DNA of 51,784 bases, taken from contig NC_068993.1 of NCBI RefSeq assembly GCF_001194135.2, positions 61,907,947 through 61,959,730 on the forward strand, given 5' to 3'. Under the pieces are notes generated by a model. It was not told the origin of the DNA, made no database searches, and saw only the letters and a list, made by a program, of their open reading frames with translations. Positions 27,681-39,300 of the stretch are shown here, piece by piece. Every line of letters begins with the position of its first letter. Positions within the stretch are counted from its first letter, which is position 1. The position numbers and the translations under genes were made by a program. Source of the DNA: Octopus bimaculoides (Eukaryota).

Positions 27681-30600
27681 GTATGTATGTGTATGCATTT
27701 GTATGTGAAGGTGCATAGCTTAGTGGTTAGGGTTATTCGGCTCAAGGTCCTAAGGTCATGAGTTCAATCCCTGGTGGCACATTGTGTCCTTGAGCAAGAC
27801 ACTTTATTTCACGTTGCTCCAGTCCACTCAGCTGGCAAAAACGAGTAGTACCTGTAATTCAAAGGGGCCGGCCTGGTCACATTCTGAGTCATGTTGAAGG
27901 CCACGAGTGTCTACAGACTGCTCAGCCATTTGCAATTTCAGAAACAGACTCTTCCACTGATCAGACCAACTGGAACCCTCATCGTCATAACCGACAGAGT
28001 GCCAGTCTATGTCTGAGAGTGAACCTCTCTGAGAACCTGGGTGAGATATTCCCTTGCTTGGTAACAGTTGAGTGCCACAGACAGGAAAGGCATCTGCTTG
28101 TCGAAAATATGTCTCAATAAAACCTTATTCAACATTGGTGAGCATGGAAGACTGATGTTAAATGCCTTTGGAATTCCAAGGAATGATGGAGTAAAGCCTC
28201 TACAGTTAGAAAATGTGTGTGTGTGTGTGTGTGAGAAAAGCACTGAGTCCACTAAACGGGTCACAATGCGACAGAATGACCTTCTGATCAGGGGAGAATG
28301 TCAACTGCTTAACTGGCCCAGTAGGGTGGCATCATTTGAAAACTAAAACACACAAAGCATGCTGTGATCAGCAATGTGTAACAACATCCAATTGTCCGGT
28401 CGATACAGTGATATATATATATATATATATATAATATATAAAACTTAAATTCAACTTACGATGAAAGTAAACAAAGTTTGCTTTAGAAGTGTTGAGATGT
28501 ATTGAAAGATACAGAAAATAATTTATCCTCAAACGCAGGATAATGCTAATACAATAGCATGAACAGGATAAACTCGCCATATATTGCAGAAACTTACTTT
28601 TAGTTTTCAATGTGGGTTTAGCAATTGGTGATGGACGAAGTTTTCTGTGTCGTAAAGATGAAGATTTGTCTTTGAGCACACCTGAGGGTACTGCTGGGAA
28701 AAAATTTCGTATTTTATGGATGTTTACAAAAATAATGAACAAAAGAAAAAAAAAGAAAATAAAGTACAAAATAAAAGAAACAAACAAAAGAAAAATGTAA
28801 AAAAAAAAAAAAACGAAAAGAAAGACTAGAAAGAAAGAAATAAGGAGAGAATGAGAAGACTATACTGCGGGACAAAAACTGACTTGCTCAGGCTAAGTCC
28901 ACCTCGACCATTGCCACTACTGCTTTCTACATAATCAACTTTAGGTTAAAGAATTGTAAATCTCAATTCTGTCTTTGTCCCTCCAACACTGCCAACAGCC
29001 CTGTGATTTAATCACAAGATCCAGTTCAAAGTGAGGCTGAAAGTTCCTTTATCAAACATACTAGAATAGTACGCATCAAAAAAGACTGGGAATTATTTCT
29101 GCCACCTTTCAGTAAATCTTGGTGGTTTCCGTCAAGTCTGGCTCCACTTTCTTTTGGTATTTCATTTTATCTTCTTTCAGTTATTCTTTACTCTCTTTAT
29201 TCTCACAGACTAACATTTATTATTCTTTTATCTTCTCTATAAATTTCACCCACTTTTTTTAACTAAAAATAAAAATTCTTTAATACTGAATGGTATTCTG
29301 TAACTGGTTTCAGTCATTGGATTACAACCATTTTGGGGCATTGCCTTCAAAAGGCTTCAGCTGATCATATCAACCCACAATTGCTTTCAGCTTGGTATTT
29401 ATGTTATCAATATCTATTTGTCAAATTGTTAAGTCACACTTTTTGACACAATATCAGTGTTTTTTCATAAGCACTGGTAAAAACAGACAAAAATACACAC
29501 ACAAACAGACATATGCACAGTCTTTTCACCAACCAAACTGCAATCTTAAGATATCAGTCATCTTGACGCTACATTAGAAGACACTTACCTAAGGTGCCAT
29601 GCAGTGAGATTGAACTCAGAGCCACATGGTTCCATAGCAAACTTGTTAACCACAAAGTTATATACATAAAACTTACTTTTACTTTTCAATGTATGTTTAG
29701 CAGCCAATGGTGGCTGAGGTTTTTTGTGTCGTGAAGGTGGGGTTTTGTCTTTGGCTACACCTGAGGGTGAAAAAAAAAAAAAAACGTAGATAAAGCTGAA
29801 AATATTGACAACAAATAAGAAGTAAAAAGAAGCAATGACAATAAAACAAGAAGAAAGATGAAAAGTAGAGGAAGAAAAAGAGGAAAAGAAGAAAAGAACA
29901 AAGGAACAGCAACTGCTACAGTGTCCAAGTCCACCTTGTTCACCTCCACTGTGGCCATCATATGACTCAATAGATTTTCAGAAACATTGGATAGTAGAGA
30001 GATTGCAATACCTGCCATGATAATGTTTGTGTGAAAAGAGCTATGCCACATAATAACAAGGCATGGAATTGTTTCAGCCATTAGGCTGTGGCCATGCTGG
30101 GGCACCACCACTGCATGTCAGGCGGTACAGCATTGGACCACAGCCTGCTGGAGGAGTGCTATATGTAGGTCAATTGTGACCAGCATTGCCTTACTGCCTT
30201 ACTTGCCCAAGGTGCCACGCAGTGGGACTGAACCCAGAACCATGTGGTTGGTAAGCAAGCTACTTACCACACAACCACTCCTACGCCTATACAAGTCACT
30301 TACTTTTATTCTTCAATGTCTGTTTCTCAGTTGGTGTTGTCTGAGGATTTTTGTGCCGAGAAGGTGAGGATTTGTCTTGCGGTACACCTGAGAGAACAAA
30401 AGAATTTCATAATTTACAGATATTTCTGAAAATATTGAACAACAGCAACAATAGAAACTGGAAGAAAAACAGAAGCAAGAAACAAAAGAATGGAAGGTAA
30501 AAGAATGCAAAATAAAAGAATAGAAAGAGAAGAGCTAAATCTCTTTACAAACACCAATCAATGATATGGTCACTCCTCAGAAAAAACGTCTACACAGTGA

Positions 30601-33600
30601 AATAAGGAAAATGGTCATCTGTGGATGGTACCCAATTATTGGAGTACTACCTAGGCACCACACATGTGTTGACCAGGGTCTAAAGGGTTGTTTTAAGATT
30701 CTCATAATGCATCAACATCATCATTAGTTTTAACATCCACTTTTCCATGTTTGCATAAACTCCATCCAGCCCATGCAAACATGGAAAAGTGGATGTTAAA
30801 ACTAATGATGATGTCGATGCAAGTAAAGCACAGTAAGGCAACGAGTTTCTACAGCTTTATGCCCTTCTGTCACTGACAAGGGTGGGAAGTAAAGTAAAGG
30901 TAGCTTCTCAAGTTATGCCGAGTCATAAGGACCAGTTTGCTGGTTCCCATGGCATATAAATTCCCCACATGGATACTGTAAACTGTCTTTTATATAAGGG
31001 ATTCTTTTCTAATTCAGAGGATAAATTACATATCAGTTGTGTACTGGGATCAATCTAATCGACTGCCCCCCCCCCACACCTCCCCAAAAATTTTGGGCCT
31101 TGTGCCTTGGAGTAGAAAAAAAGTGATGGAGTAAAACTTGACGACTATATGTGAATTCGTTAACTTACTTTCGTAGTTCAATGTACGTTTAGCAGTTGGT
31201 GATGGTTCAGGTTTTCCCCATTTTAAAGGTGAGGACTTTTCTTGGGGTACACCTGAAGGAAAAGAAGAATAGATTTAAAGATATTTCAGGAGATAAGGAA
31301 CAACAACCAAAGATAAAGGGGGAAAGGATAGAAAAGAGAAAAAAGGAAAGGAAAATAGAAGAGAGGAAGAATAGAAAGGAAAATAATTGAAATGAATTTT
31401 CTTTTTTTTAACATGCAGAGAATAAAAGAAGAATGGCAAAATAAAATATGAAGGCANNNNNNNNNNNNNNNNNNNNNNNNNNNNNNNNNNNNNNNNNNNN
31501 NNNNNNNNNNNNNNNNNNNNNNNNNNNNNNNNNNNNNNNNNNNNNNNNNNNNNNNNNNNNNNNNNNNNNNNNNNNNNNNNNNNNNNNNNNNNNNNNNNNN
31601 NNNNNNNNNNNNNNNNNNNNNNNNNNNNNNNNNNNNNNNNNNNNNNNNNNNNNNNNNNNNNNNNNNNNNNNNNNNNNNNNNNNNNNNNNNNNNNNNNNNN
31701 NNNNNNNNNNNNNNNNNNNNNNNNNNNNNNNNNNNNNNNNNNNNNNNNNNNNNNNNNNNNNNNNNNNNNNNNNNNNNNNNNNNNNNNNNNNNNNNNNNNN
31801 NNNNNNNNNNNNNNNNNNNNNNNNNNNNNNNNNNNNNNNNNNNNNNNNNNNNNNNNNNNNNNNNNNNNNNNNNNNNNNNNNNNNNNNNNNNNNNNNNNNN
31901 NNNNNNNNNNNNNNNNNNNNNNNNNNNNNNNNNNNNNNNNNNNNNNNNNNNNNNNNNNNNNNNNNNNNNNNNNNNNNNNNNNNNNNNNNNNNNNNNNNNN
32001 NNNNNNNNNNNNNNNNNNNNNNNNNNNNNNNNNNNNNNNNNNNNNNNNNNNNNNNNNNNNNNNNNNNNNNNNNNNNNNNNNNNNNNNNNNNNNNNNNNNN
32101 NNNNNNNNNNNNNNNNNNNNNNNNNNNNNNNNNNNNNNNNNNNNNNNNNNNNNNNNNNNNNNNNNNNNNNNNNNNNNNNNNNNNNNNNNNNNNNNNNNNN
32201 NNNNNNNNNNNNNNNNNNNNNNNNNNNNNNNNNNNNNNNNNNNNNNNNNNNNNNNNNNNNNNNNNNNNNNNNNNNNNNNNNNNNNNNNNNNNNNNNNNNN
32301 NNNNNNNNNNNNNNNNNNNNNNNNNNNNNNNNNNNNNNNNNNNNNNNNNNNNNNNNNNTATATATAATGATACTAATAGTGAAGCCTCTTGGCTTCACTA
32401 TTATTATGCCTGTCTGTCACCATCTTGCCCAAAACTGGGCAAGATGGTGAAATGGTGTGAGAGCCGTTGCTATGGCATTGAGGTAGATCCAGCCACCCCT
32501 GTTAACGGGGACAAAACCCAGATTTAAAACAGTTGATGATGAAGACGAAACCAATGGAATATCCATCATACTATGGCTTACATTCTCTTATATGTTCATT
32601 TCTAAGATAATAGGGTGTAACTGGATAAAGATTTGGGTGCTATTTCTAGCAGGCCGACTGACCACATAGAGATTCCCTTGTAAGCTTAAGCAAAGCCCTT
32701 GCAGTGTCTGAGTCATGTAAACAGGTAAGATGACAAACCTTTATTTTTTTCTGCAGATCTGCCACCACTCTCTGGTTTCTTTACAATCTTCATAGACTTT
32801 TGGAAAGTTTTTTCTGTTTCGTCAATAAGAGACAAGTTGGTGTCAAATACATCAAAGTAGCGTGTCTGGACTATTGGTTTATGAACCCCAAATGCAGAAA
32901 TCACTTTTCTGGGTGACTCTTTACTTTTCTCCGGACTAGTGCTGAAGCTGTCAGAAAAAAAAAGAAAAAATTCCAAATTCAAATTAATAAGATCTGATAG
33001 TTTCACAACATAGAAAGTATATCATTGACCAAGTTGTGATCTCTGTGCATTCATGTGTGTGTGTGTATTACAGAATGGACTAAACAGAACAGGAGAAACA
33101 TGGGATGGAGTGTCACCAAAGAGGTCACAGGATGTGTGATGAAAGATTTCAGAAAAGGACACTAAAATAGGAACAATAATAAAACTGAAGTGAACACTAA
33201 GTATATTGCGCAAAAAAATATGATCATTTCCAAATATAACTATATATATATACACACATATGTAAAGTACAGTGACACATTATGGTTAACATAGAGATAC
33301 AAAAGAGATAAAAGACAACAAAAGAAAAAGATAAGAGAAGGAAAGAACAAAAGAAATTATGGAAGTTACCTTTCTGACACTGATATCTTCCTCTTTTTTC
33401 TGGTTGATACAGCTTCTGGCAAAACCTGTGAAGAATATATAAATATATAAGATGACATCGTAGAATATGGAATATAGTTATTCACTTTTATATAGATACA
33501 TACAGAGTGGCCCAAAAGTGCGTTTACAGTTATCATGTAGGCACTTGAAATTTTTTTTAAAACATTTTATTATATTTAAATTTCTATCTTACAAACTGAA

Positions 33601-34814
33601 AAGGGAGCTTGACAAAATTAACTAAATTAGCATAGAATAATGGTTTCATATTTTTTATAATTAAGATCTAAACTGCTAATATATGAATGCTAAAGAGATA
33701 GTTGAATAATTGGAAACCTACTTTTGNNNNNNNNNNNNNNNNNNNNNNNNNNNNNNNNNNNNNNNNNNNNNNNNNNNNNTATATATATATATATATATAT
33801 ATATATTCTTCTATATAGATATATATATGGGTCGATGCCAGTAATGCCTGACTGGCTCCCATGCCAGTGGCACATAAAAAGTACCATCCGAGTATGGTCG
33901 ATGTTAGTGCCGCCTGACTGGCTCCTGTGCCAGTGACATGTAAAAAGCACCCACTACACTCTCAGAGTGTGCTTTTTGAGCAATTTTGAGGGAGAGACTA
34001 AGCCAATAAGATCAACCCTAGTGCCCAACTGGTACTTATTTTATCAACCCCAGAAGGGTAATAGAGGCAGAGTCGACATTGGCAGAATTTGACCTCAGAA
34101 TGTAGGGAGTCAGAAGAAATGCATTCTGCCAGCTCACCACTGCCTTAATTCCAAATTATGTTAATAAATTTTACTTACATCTGCATTATTATTTATATTG
34201 TCATTTTCTAGATCATCCTCATTTTCTTCATCATCTTCATTTTCTGGAAAACAAGATAAAAAATAGAAATAATACTTTTCTAAATCTCTCAAAGAGATTT
34301 ATACAGTAGTAACATGATAAAGTGGTGGTATGTTGTCAACGTAATGTGACAGTCCCATGAACAGGAAGAATACTACTGCTATTTAGCCCTAAGAAGCAGT
34401 ACTGCTTCCTGTCAGCCTTGACACATTTCCTGTGTCCTATTTTCGAAATCAGTGAATGTATTTCACTTATGTTTACAGAAGTAGCTAGGCATCGACAGCT
34501 CTGAAAGGGGTTTCAAGGAATAGTGTCCCTGCCTTCCTGAGCTAGTTTTCCACCACATATCTTAACAATCGTGGTAGGGGCCTTGGTCTCGGGATAATTC
34601 ATATCTCGAAATTGAGGTTTGGGGTAAGTAAGGGCATGCTCCCTGTAGAAAATGCAGTTCCAAAAAAGCCTCATGATAGAAAGGGAGAATGGGCACCAGC
34701 CAGCCAGCCAGCCCAAAGGTTGGTGTGGGCTGCACCTGCCTACCTTGGTTGCTATGGCATTGAGGTAGATTGGGCCACCCCTGTTAACGGGGACAAAACC
34801 CGGATTAAAACACT

Positions 34815-34894
<80 letters not shown>

Positions 34895-36291
34895 TCAATG
34901 AGCTTCTTTCAGTTTCCATCCACCAAATCCACTCACAAGACTTTAGTTGGCTTAAGGCAATAGTAGAAGACACCCTGGGTGCCCTGTTGTGAGACTGAAC
35001 CCAAGACAACATAGTTAGAAAGCAAACTTCTTACCCACAGATCCAAATTGGGACTCCAGGGGTGGGGATATTTGCTAAGGAGGAGGAAGTCACCAACAGA
35101 ACAGAAATTGCTGAATTCATCCATGTTGTCGTTGAGAAAGAAAGAAAATGAAAGAGACAATTTGGGAGAAAGAAAGTGAATGAAGGAGAGAGAAATGAGT
35201 GAAAGTGAATGAGAAAGAGAGTGAGTGAGCAGAAAATACCTTGACATTCCTTTGAACTTGAAAGACTTGTGTTGCCTCCATTTTTGACAGTTATCTCTGT
35301 TTCTTCAGCTGGTGGATCACAGACATTTATGGAGAGACATTCCTTTGCAGGTGATGAAGCATCCTTTTGGACAAAAGATTCCTCATCTTCAGGAAAGGAT
35401 TTCATACCTCGCTTAGTGATTATTCTGACATTGTTGTTAGAATTAGAGGATGCAGGAGACACTTCAGAAGTCTTTGCAGTGGTCACCTCCTTCTCTGAGA
35501 CTATCACTTCTTGATGGTCACCGTCTTCAGAGTCAGCAGCACTAGTGTCGGCTAGTGACTTCATTCCACGTTTACTGATGACTCTTTGCACATATGAAAC
35601 CCTTCAACACAAAATGAAACCATTATTAATGAACTGTTTTCTATATTTATTTTGTTTATAGAAGCAGAATTCAAAGAATAAGACAAAATCCTGATTTCAA
35701 AGAAATACAACTTTGAGATTTTTTGCCTAAGCAATATATATATATATATATATATATAGCCATCTGGTTCACCAGTCCTCAGTCAAACCGTCCAACCCAT
35801 GCTAGCATGGAAAGCGGACGTTAAACAATGATGATGACGATAATGATATATATAAATATTCTGCCTATGTGTCTGTGCACACCTTTGAATGCAATGTATC
35901 CCAGAAGGTTTGCAAATCAAAAGACATTTTAAGATCCACAAAGATCCGAACTTATCCACAGCTCTTGGTGGTCCAAATCGGATATGCAATTTATGTGGGT
36001 GTCTTTTCAAAACATTGTCTCGTTTAAAAACCCACATCAGATGCCATAATGGTTCTAAGGTGTAGGCACAGGAGGTGGTCAAACTCTCCATAAGGAGTAG
36101 ACAACCACCATGATTGAGCACTAGCCTCTAAAGCATTTTTTTATTCTCTCTCTTTATTTTCTGTGTTCCTTTCTGCTGAAGAGCACAGGCTCAAAACATA
36201 AAAGACTTTCTCACATTCTCGAGCGTTAAACTAATGCACCTGTTTGTTATTTATATATCTGTCTTTGTCTTTTGTTTTTCTATAAATTCCA

Positions 36292-36332
<41 letters not shown>

Positions 36333-39300
36333 CAAAAATGAGACAAAAACACAAAACATCCAGACAGTTAGGTGACACAAGAAAGGGACAACACATCCAG
36401 ATAGACGATACAAAGAAAACAAGGACAGGTCATTCGGAGTTTTCTTACTCAGTCGAATTCCAGATTATCGTTGCAATTTTGGCTGGTTATACTCAAGATT
36501 GCTCTAATCTGGCCAGCCCCAAAGTAAAAATAAGCTAAGAGCACTAGATTCCTGGGAAGAAAGCAGCAAATATATATGAAAACAAGGACAGAAAAAAACG
36601 GAGAAATGGTACACAAATACAAATAACAGGACATTAACAACGGGTGTCTTTCGACTAAGGACAAATTAAATTAAGCTGGCGTGTGTGGAAGTTATGGCGG
36701 GGACATAAAATATGACAGGCACAGGGAGGAATATGGATGTTGCACAGATGGTAGTCAAACCAAATTAGTGTGTGCTTCGTGTGCATATGTATGTGTATAT
36801 GCATACACATACAATATATTCTGTTTTATCCAAGAGCTTAAAGATAAGAAGAAATACTTACTCTTCAGAAGCATTTGAACAAGAATCTGACATTGACTCA
36901 ACAGGAAATGATAATCTGCAAATAAAAGGCTCTCGTTTAATAACCAAATAAAAAAAATACAAATCAAAATACACCCCCATATCCCCCGCCCCCAGTCCTA
37001 TAGAAATATATTTCATAAAAAAAAAACATCCTAACTGACAGATTATGAAGTGGGAAGAGTTTTTTATCTTTTTTGTTTTAATACACCTTCTCAGTGAAAC
37101 AATGCCTGTACTAACATTTTACAACTCTCCCTCTCCACCCACCACTCCATATCAATATCCTCTTCATTTTAAGGCTTTGTTTTTCTATAACAATATATAT
37201 TATTTCATTCTTGAATAGCTCGACCCCTAAAATACTCTTCTTGCTATAGTCTTTAATAAACAACCCAGAAATTAGGACAAAACATTGAAGTAAATCACCA
37301 ACATTATCAGCATTTAATAGCCTTTTTCCCATGCTTGTATGATTTGGATGGTTTAAAAGGAACCAACAAGCCAGATGACGGTGCCTAGCTCCTACTTTGG
37401 CCTGGTTTCTATGGCTGGCTGCCCTTCATAACAATAATCCCTTTACAAAGTGTACCTAGTGCATTTTTCATGACACGAGCACGAGTGATGTTTTGCAAAT
37501 ACCTAAAAGACAAGATCCCCTCAACCGAATGGGAAATAGTATCGAAGGAGATGAAATTATGATAGAGGGACAGAAACGGGCCTTAATATTATTTGTTTCT
37601 AACATAAGCACATGCCATGAAATTTCAAGGAAGGATTTTATGATAATAGCATTTGTTTTTAAGCTTACCTTTTCCTGGCAGGGAAATTTGTGAGAGAAAG
37701 AGGAGACACACTATTCCTGGCATCATTATCATCATCTGCTGCAGGTTTTACAGCCACTATTTTCTGAAATAAACAAAAATAATATTTAAATAAATATTTC
37801 ACATAATAATCCTCAACATAATAAATATTCTTTTCTACTCTAGGCACAAGGACCAAAATTTTGGGGGAGGGGCCAGTCGATTAGATTGTCCCCAGTAGGC
37901 AACTAGTACTTAATCTAGTGACCCTGAAAGGATGAAAGACAACATCAACCTTGGAGGACTTTGAACACAAAACGTACAGATAGACAAAATACCGCTAAGC
38001 ATTTCGCCTGGCATGCTAACATATCTGCCTGCTTGTCGCCTTAACATAATAGATATCAACATAATAATCCTGTTGCAATTTTTTTTTTTTATGACTTGAC
38101 CATAGGAAGAAAGGAGAGCATCCGTGACCCCTTCTCATCTGATGGGAGAAAAAGAAGAAATTATGCTCAGAGGAAATTCTGTTAAAAGTACTTAAGGATC
38201 AGGTGGTGATAGGCAACAGATTGAGTTTATCACAAAAGAGCAGGAACTCATGGACTTCCACAGTTTGTCTGCACTCACGTAGCAAAGGTTGTGGTGGAAG
38301 GTTGGCAAAGAAAATTCTGGTACCTCCACCATAACTACTAAAAGCCATGATGAACCATTTTCACTCACAAACCTTTAGTCAGTCTGGAGCTATAGTAGAG
38401 GGTATTTACCTGAGTTTCCACATAGTGGGACTGAACCCAAGACCATATGGTTGGGAAGCAAGATTCTTCACCACACAGCTACATGGGAAAATATCATCAC
38501 CATTTAACGTCCGATTTCCATGCTGGCATGGGTTGGACATTTTGACTGAAAACTGGTAAGCTGGGGAGCTGCACCAGGTTCCAATCTGATTTGGCAGGGT
38601 TTCTACAGCTGGATGCCCTTCCTAACTCCAACCACTCCAAGAGTGTAGTAAGTGCTTTCTACATGTTACTGGCATGGGTGCCAGTTGCATAACATCGACA
38701 TCGGCCATGACTACGATTTCACTTGGTTTGACAGGTCTTCTCAAGCATAGTACATCATCAAAGGTCTCAGTCACTGGCTCTGTGAGGCCCAATGTTCGAA
38801 CAGTGCTTTTTACGTACCACCAGCATGGGTGCCAGTTACACGACACTGGCACCAGCCACAACTGCAATTTCACTTGGCTTGACGGGTCTTCTCAAGCACA
38901 GCATATTGCCCAACGTTCCAGTTATGCGACACTGGCATCGGCCACGACTATGATTTCACTCAGCTTGAGAGGTCTTCCCAAGCAAGGCACATCACCAAAG
39001 CTCTCATGGGAAGTATTTGAATGGCAAAATTGAAAAGATACTTACAACATTGTCAGTGTGGTTCGCAATTTCTACATCAGAGTCTGCAAAAAAGTAACAA
39101 AATAACTTATAAATCAATTAACTTTTATGTGGTTATGTTCTTAATGAAGCAGACTGCGTTAGGAAAAGCTGTAGTAAGAAACTCACTTCAAAGCTACATG
39201 GTTCCAGGTTCAGTCCTACTGCAGGGAACCTTGGGTAAGTATCTTCTACTATAACCTTGGGTCGACCAAAGTTGTGCGAGTGGTTTTGGCAGAAAAAAAA

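Noticed and set aside
23805-31252. Regularly spaced repeats as a CRISPR array or interspersed transposon
   Set aside because: The DNA is eukaryotic, the units are diverged and 0.6-1.6 kb apart, and each is bounded exactly by splice sites with frame preserved.
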